In this document: positions 23,888 through 26,184 of the stretch, piece by piece
Numbering within the stretch: the first letter of the stretch is position 1
Layout: each line of letters starts with the position of its first letter
Assembly (NCBI GenBank): GCA_021159465.1
Contig: JAGGRR010000078.1
Span: 1-26,184 of the forward strand
DNA from: Candidatus Methanophagales archaeon
GTDB lineage: Archaea; Halobacteriota; Syntropharchaeia; Alkanophagales; Methanospirareceae
Length of the DNA: 26,184 nt
Direction: 5' to 3'
The notes under the pieces: model-generated
Database searches by the model: none
The model's input: the letters and a program-made list of their open reading frames with translations, nothing else
What the model was told of the DNA's origin: nothing
Translations under genes and position numbers: made by a program

Positions 23888-24439
23888 ATGATGGAGGTAG
23901 ATATAAAAGTAGAGAATGTTGTAGCGAATGCAAGGATTGCTGATGAGTTAGATCTGAAATACATAGAATCAAAGTTAGAGAATGCGGTATTCACGAAGAA
24001 GAAATTCCCCGGGCTGGTGTATAGGACACACAACCCGAAAGCTGCTTTCCTTATCTTCCGTTCGGGAAAAGTGGTTTGTACCGGCTCGAAGACCGAGGAA
24101 GGTGTGCGTAAAGTGATGGACATACTTGCCGCAGACCTCAGGCGTATAGGAATAGAAGTGGCAGAGCATCCGGAGTTCAGGGTACAGAACATCGTTGCTT
24201 CCGCCAATCTTGGAAAAGAACTTAATCTTGGTGCTATTGTTGTGGGTTTAGAACTTGAGGGTATGGAATACGAGCCCGAGGTATTCCCCGGACTGGTATA
24301 TCGTATAGAGGAGCCGAAAAGTGCTATACTGATATTCAGCTCAGGACGACTGGTTATAACAGGTGGGAAGACAGTTGAGGACTGCAAGAGGTCGGTGAAT
24401 GTTTTATTGAACAAATTAAAGGATTTAGAACTGATTTAA
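23888..24439 (+). CDS. tbp: TATA-box-binding protein
   Basis: 183 aa with two direct repeats: ENVVANARI..FPGLVYRTHNPKAAFLIFRSGKVVCTGSK and QNIVASANL..FPGLVYRIEEPKSAILIFSSGRLVITGGK. The track ORF start at 23552 is an antisense-to-uL15 extension, which I rejected. Confidence 0.93.
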   Translation: MMEVDIKVENVVANARIADELDLKYIESKLENAVFTKKKFPGLVYRTHNPKAAFLIFRSGKVVCTGSKTEEGVRKVMDILAADLRRIGIEVAEHPEFRVQNIVASANLGKELNLGAIVVGLELEGMEYEPEVFPGLVYRIEEPKSAILIFSSGRLVITGGKTVEDCKRSVNVLLNKLKDLELI

Positions 24440-24445
24440 AGTGAG

Positions 24446-24862
24446 ATGTTTGAGCCCAAGATCGTGGCTTTCTGCTGTAATTGGTGCTCCTATGCAGCTG
24501 CAGACCTCGCAGGTGTATCGCGCTTTCGGTACCCGCCAAATGTGCGCATACTGCGTGTGATGTGCTCAGGACGGGTAGAACCTGAATTCATCTTCGATGC
24601 TTTCAAACACGGTGCCGACGGTGTTATTATCACTGGTTGCCATCCGGGGGAATGTCACTACATATCGGGCAACCTGAATGCCGAGCGGAGGGTAGAGAAC
24701 GTAAAGAGGGCAATGAAGTATCTGGGAATAGAACCAGAACGTCTCCGTCTGGAATGGATGTCCGCTGCCGAGGGCGAGAGATTTGCATCGGTTATGCGTG
24801 ACTTCACAACCGAGATAAGAGCGCTGGGTCCTCTTATGGGAGGGAATGAGAAACATAAATGA
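24446..24862 (+). CDS. mvhD: MvhD/FlpD-type [2Fe-2S] protein (methyl-viologen-reducing hydrogenase delta subunit family)
   Basis: IVAFCCNWCSYAAADLAG, RVMCSGRV, GADGVIITGCHPGECHY and ERLRLEWMSAAEG are the MvhD signature. It starts 6 nt after the tbp stop and overlaps the hdrA start (ATGA). Confidence 0.87.
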   Translation: MFEPKIVAFCCNWCSYAAADLAGVSRFRYPPNVRILRVMCSGRVEPEFIFDAFKHGADGVIITGCHPGECHYISGNLNAERRVENVKRAMKYLGIEPERLRLEWMSAAEGERFASVMRDFTTEIRALGPLMGGNEKHK

Positions 24863-26184
24863 ATAAGAGGAGTGTAGTGGTCATAGGAGGTGGTATCGCG
24901 GGTATAGAGGCAGCGAACGAGCTCAGCGATATGGGGTTCCATGTATATTTATTGGAGAAAGAGCCGGTGATAGGTGGGCGAATGGCATATCTCAACAGGA
25001 TATTTCCCACAAATGAGAATGCTATCGCCATACTGGAGCCGAAGATGCGGGCGCTCGTAGCCAAAGAGAATGTGGAGCTCATTACATACGTGGAGATTTT
25101 GGCTGTTAAGGGTTCGGTAGGCGATTTTGAACTCACAATAGAGCACAAGCCACGCTATGTGGATACAAATAAGTGCACAGGTTGCCAGCGGTGTACAGAG
25201 GTATGCCCTGCGGAGCAGCCGAACCGTTTCAACGAGGGCTTTGGTACCCTGAAGGCTATTTACATCCCCTATGCCCACGCTATCCCCTCATGTGCAGTCA
25301 TAGATATTGAGACTTGTCTGCGAAGCGAAGATAAGGGTAAGGATAAGGACTGCAGTATATGTATGAATGCATGCGAATATAATGCGATAGATTTCACGCA
25401 GGAGGGGCATAAGCATAATAGCAAGAGTAAGCTGAAAGCGGGCGCTATAATTGTGGCAGTCGGGTCTGCAACTTACGACCCCGAACCAGGGCACGATTAT
25501 GGATATGGGCTATTAGACGATGTGATCACAACGATGGAGTTTGAGCGACTTATCGCTCCTGATGGTCCAACCGGCGGGAATCTCATCAGACCCTCAGACT
25601 GCCGGGAGCCAATGCGTGTGGGGTTCATCAATTGCGTTGGGTCACGGGATATAAACAAGAATCCGTATTGCTCTGGTGGTGTATGCTGCATGGAGAACAT
25701 AAAGAATGCGATACTGTTGAAGGAGAAGCGCCCGGATGTGAGATGCTATATATTTTATATAGATATAAGAGCAGCTTTCAGGGGTTATGAAGCGTTTTAT
25801 ACACGTGCGCGGGAGCTTGGTATCCGATTTATTCGCGGTAGACCTGCGGAGGTGATAGAGAATGAGAAAGGCAATCTGGAGATAAGAGTAGAAGATACGT
25901 TGAAGGGTATAGTGAGGACTATAGAGGTGGAGATGGTGGTTCTCGGAACTGGTAGTGTGCCAGGCGAAGATATCGAGAGGTTATCGGAGATGCTGAAGCT
26001 CCCGCTTACTACAGAAGATGGGCTATTCAGAGAGTTGCATTCCAGAGTAGCGCCGGTAGATACGGAACAGCGGGGTATATTCATAGCGGGTGCAGTGGCA
26101 GGTCCGAAGGATATCGCACTTGCTGTTGCTCAGGGCAGTAGTGCAGCGGCGAGGGCGGCTTCCACACTCCTTATGCTTGATTAA
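24859..26184 (+). CDS. hdrA: HdrA-like flavoprotein (heterodisulfide reductase subunit A family), short 441-aa form
   Basis: VVVIGGGIAGIEAA FAD fold, inserted ferredoxin CTGCQRCTEVCP, EFERLIAPDGPTGG, CVGSRD..YCSGGVCC, and GIFIAGAVAGPKDIALAVAQGSSAAARAA. The stop codon falls at the last base of the window. Confidence 0.85.
   Translation: MNKRSVVVIGGGIAGIEAANELSDMGFHVYLLEKEPVIGGRMAYLNRIFPTNENAIAILEPKMRALVAKENVELITYVEILAVKGSVGDFELTIEHKPRYVDTNKCTGCQRCTEVCPAEQPNRFNEGFGTLKAIYIPYAHAIPSCAVIDIETCLRSEDKGKDKDCSICMNACEYNAIDFTQEGHKHNSKSKLKAGAIIVAVGSATYDPEPGHDYGYGLLDDVITTMEFERLIAPDGPTGGNLIRPSDCREPMRVGFINCVGSRDINKNPYCSGGVCCMENIKNAILLKEKRPDVRCYIFYIDIRAAFRGYEAFYTRARELGIRFIRGRPAEVIENEKGNLEIRVEDTLKGIVRTIEVEMVVLGTGSVPGEDIERLSEMLKLPLTTEDGLFRELHSRVAPVDTEQRGIFIAGAVAGPKDIALAVAQGSSAAARAASTLLMLD
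25331..25348 (+). repeat. In-frame imperfect hexanucleotide repeat (ATAAGG GTAAGG ATAAGG) inside hdrA
   Basis: Read directly. It is part of the codons GAT AAG GGT AAG GAT AAG GAC, encoding DKGKDKD. Confidence 0.9.

Overview
Densely packed archaeal chromosomal segment. It looks euryarchaeal, of methanogen/ANME/Archaeoglobi type: mptA, carS, arcS, trm1, tbp, secY, uL15, mvhD and hdrA are all present. I call 28 protein genes and one tRNA-Met(CAU), most of them housekeeping: NAD synthesis (nadC/nadX), tRNA modification, lipid and pterin synthesis, proB, truA, a MATE exporter and archaemetzincin. I found no transposase, integrase, CRISPR array or recognisable defence gene. The accessory-looking part is a c-type cytochrome island at 11.3-15.0 kb. 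It holds a NapC/NirT-like hexahaem protein whose first haem motif is CX3CH. Convergent with it is an operon of pentahaem cytochrome, an unrecognised 143-aa membrane-anchored protein, and CcmF. ccdA lies 3 kb upstream. Other points worth a second look: two stand-alone NuoL/M/N-MrpD-like membrane subunits; a tbp-mvhD-hdrA-like unit with almost no spacing, whose HdrA is a minimal form with altered Cys motifs; in-frame hexanucleotide repeats inserted into trm1, amzA and hdrA; short tandem repeats in several promoters or leaders; and a tRNA squeezed between mptA and carS. All functional calls come from reading motifs in the supplied translations. No database search was possible.
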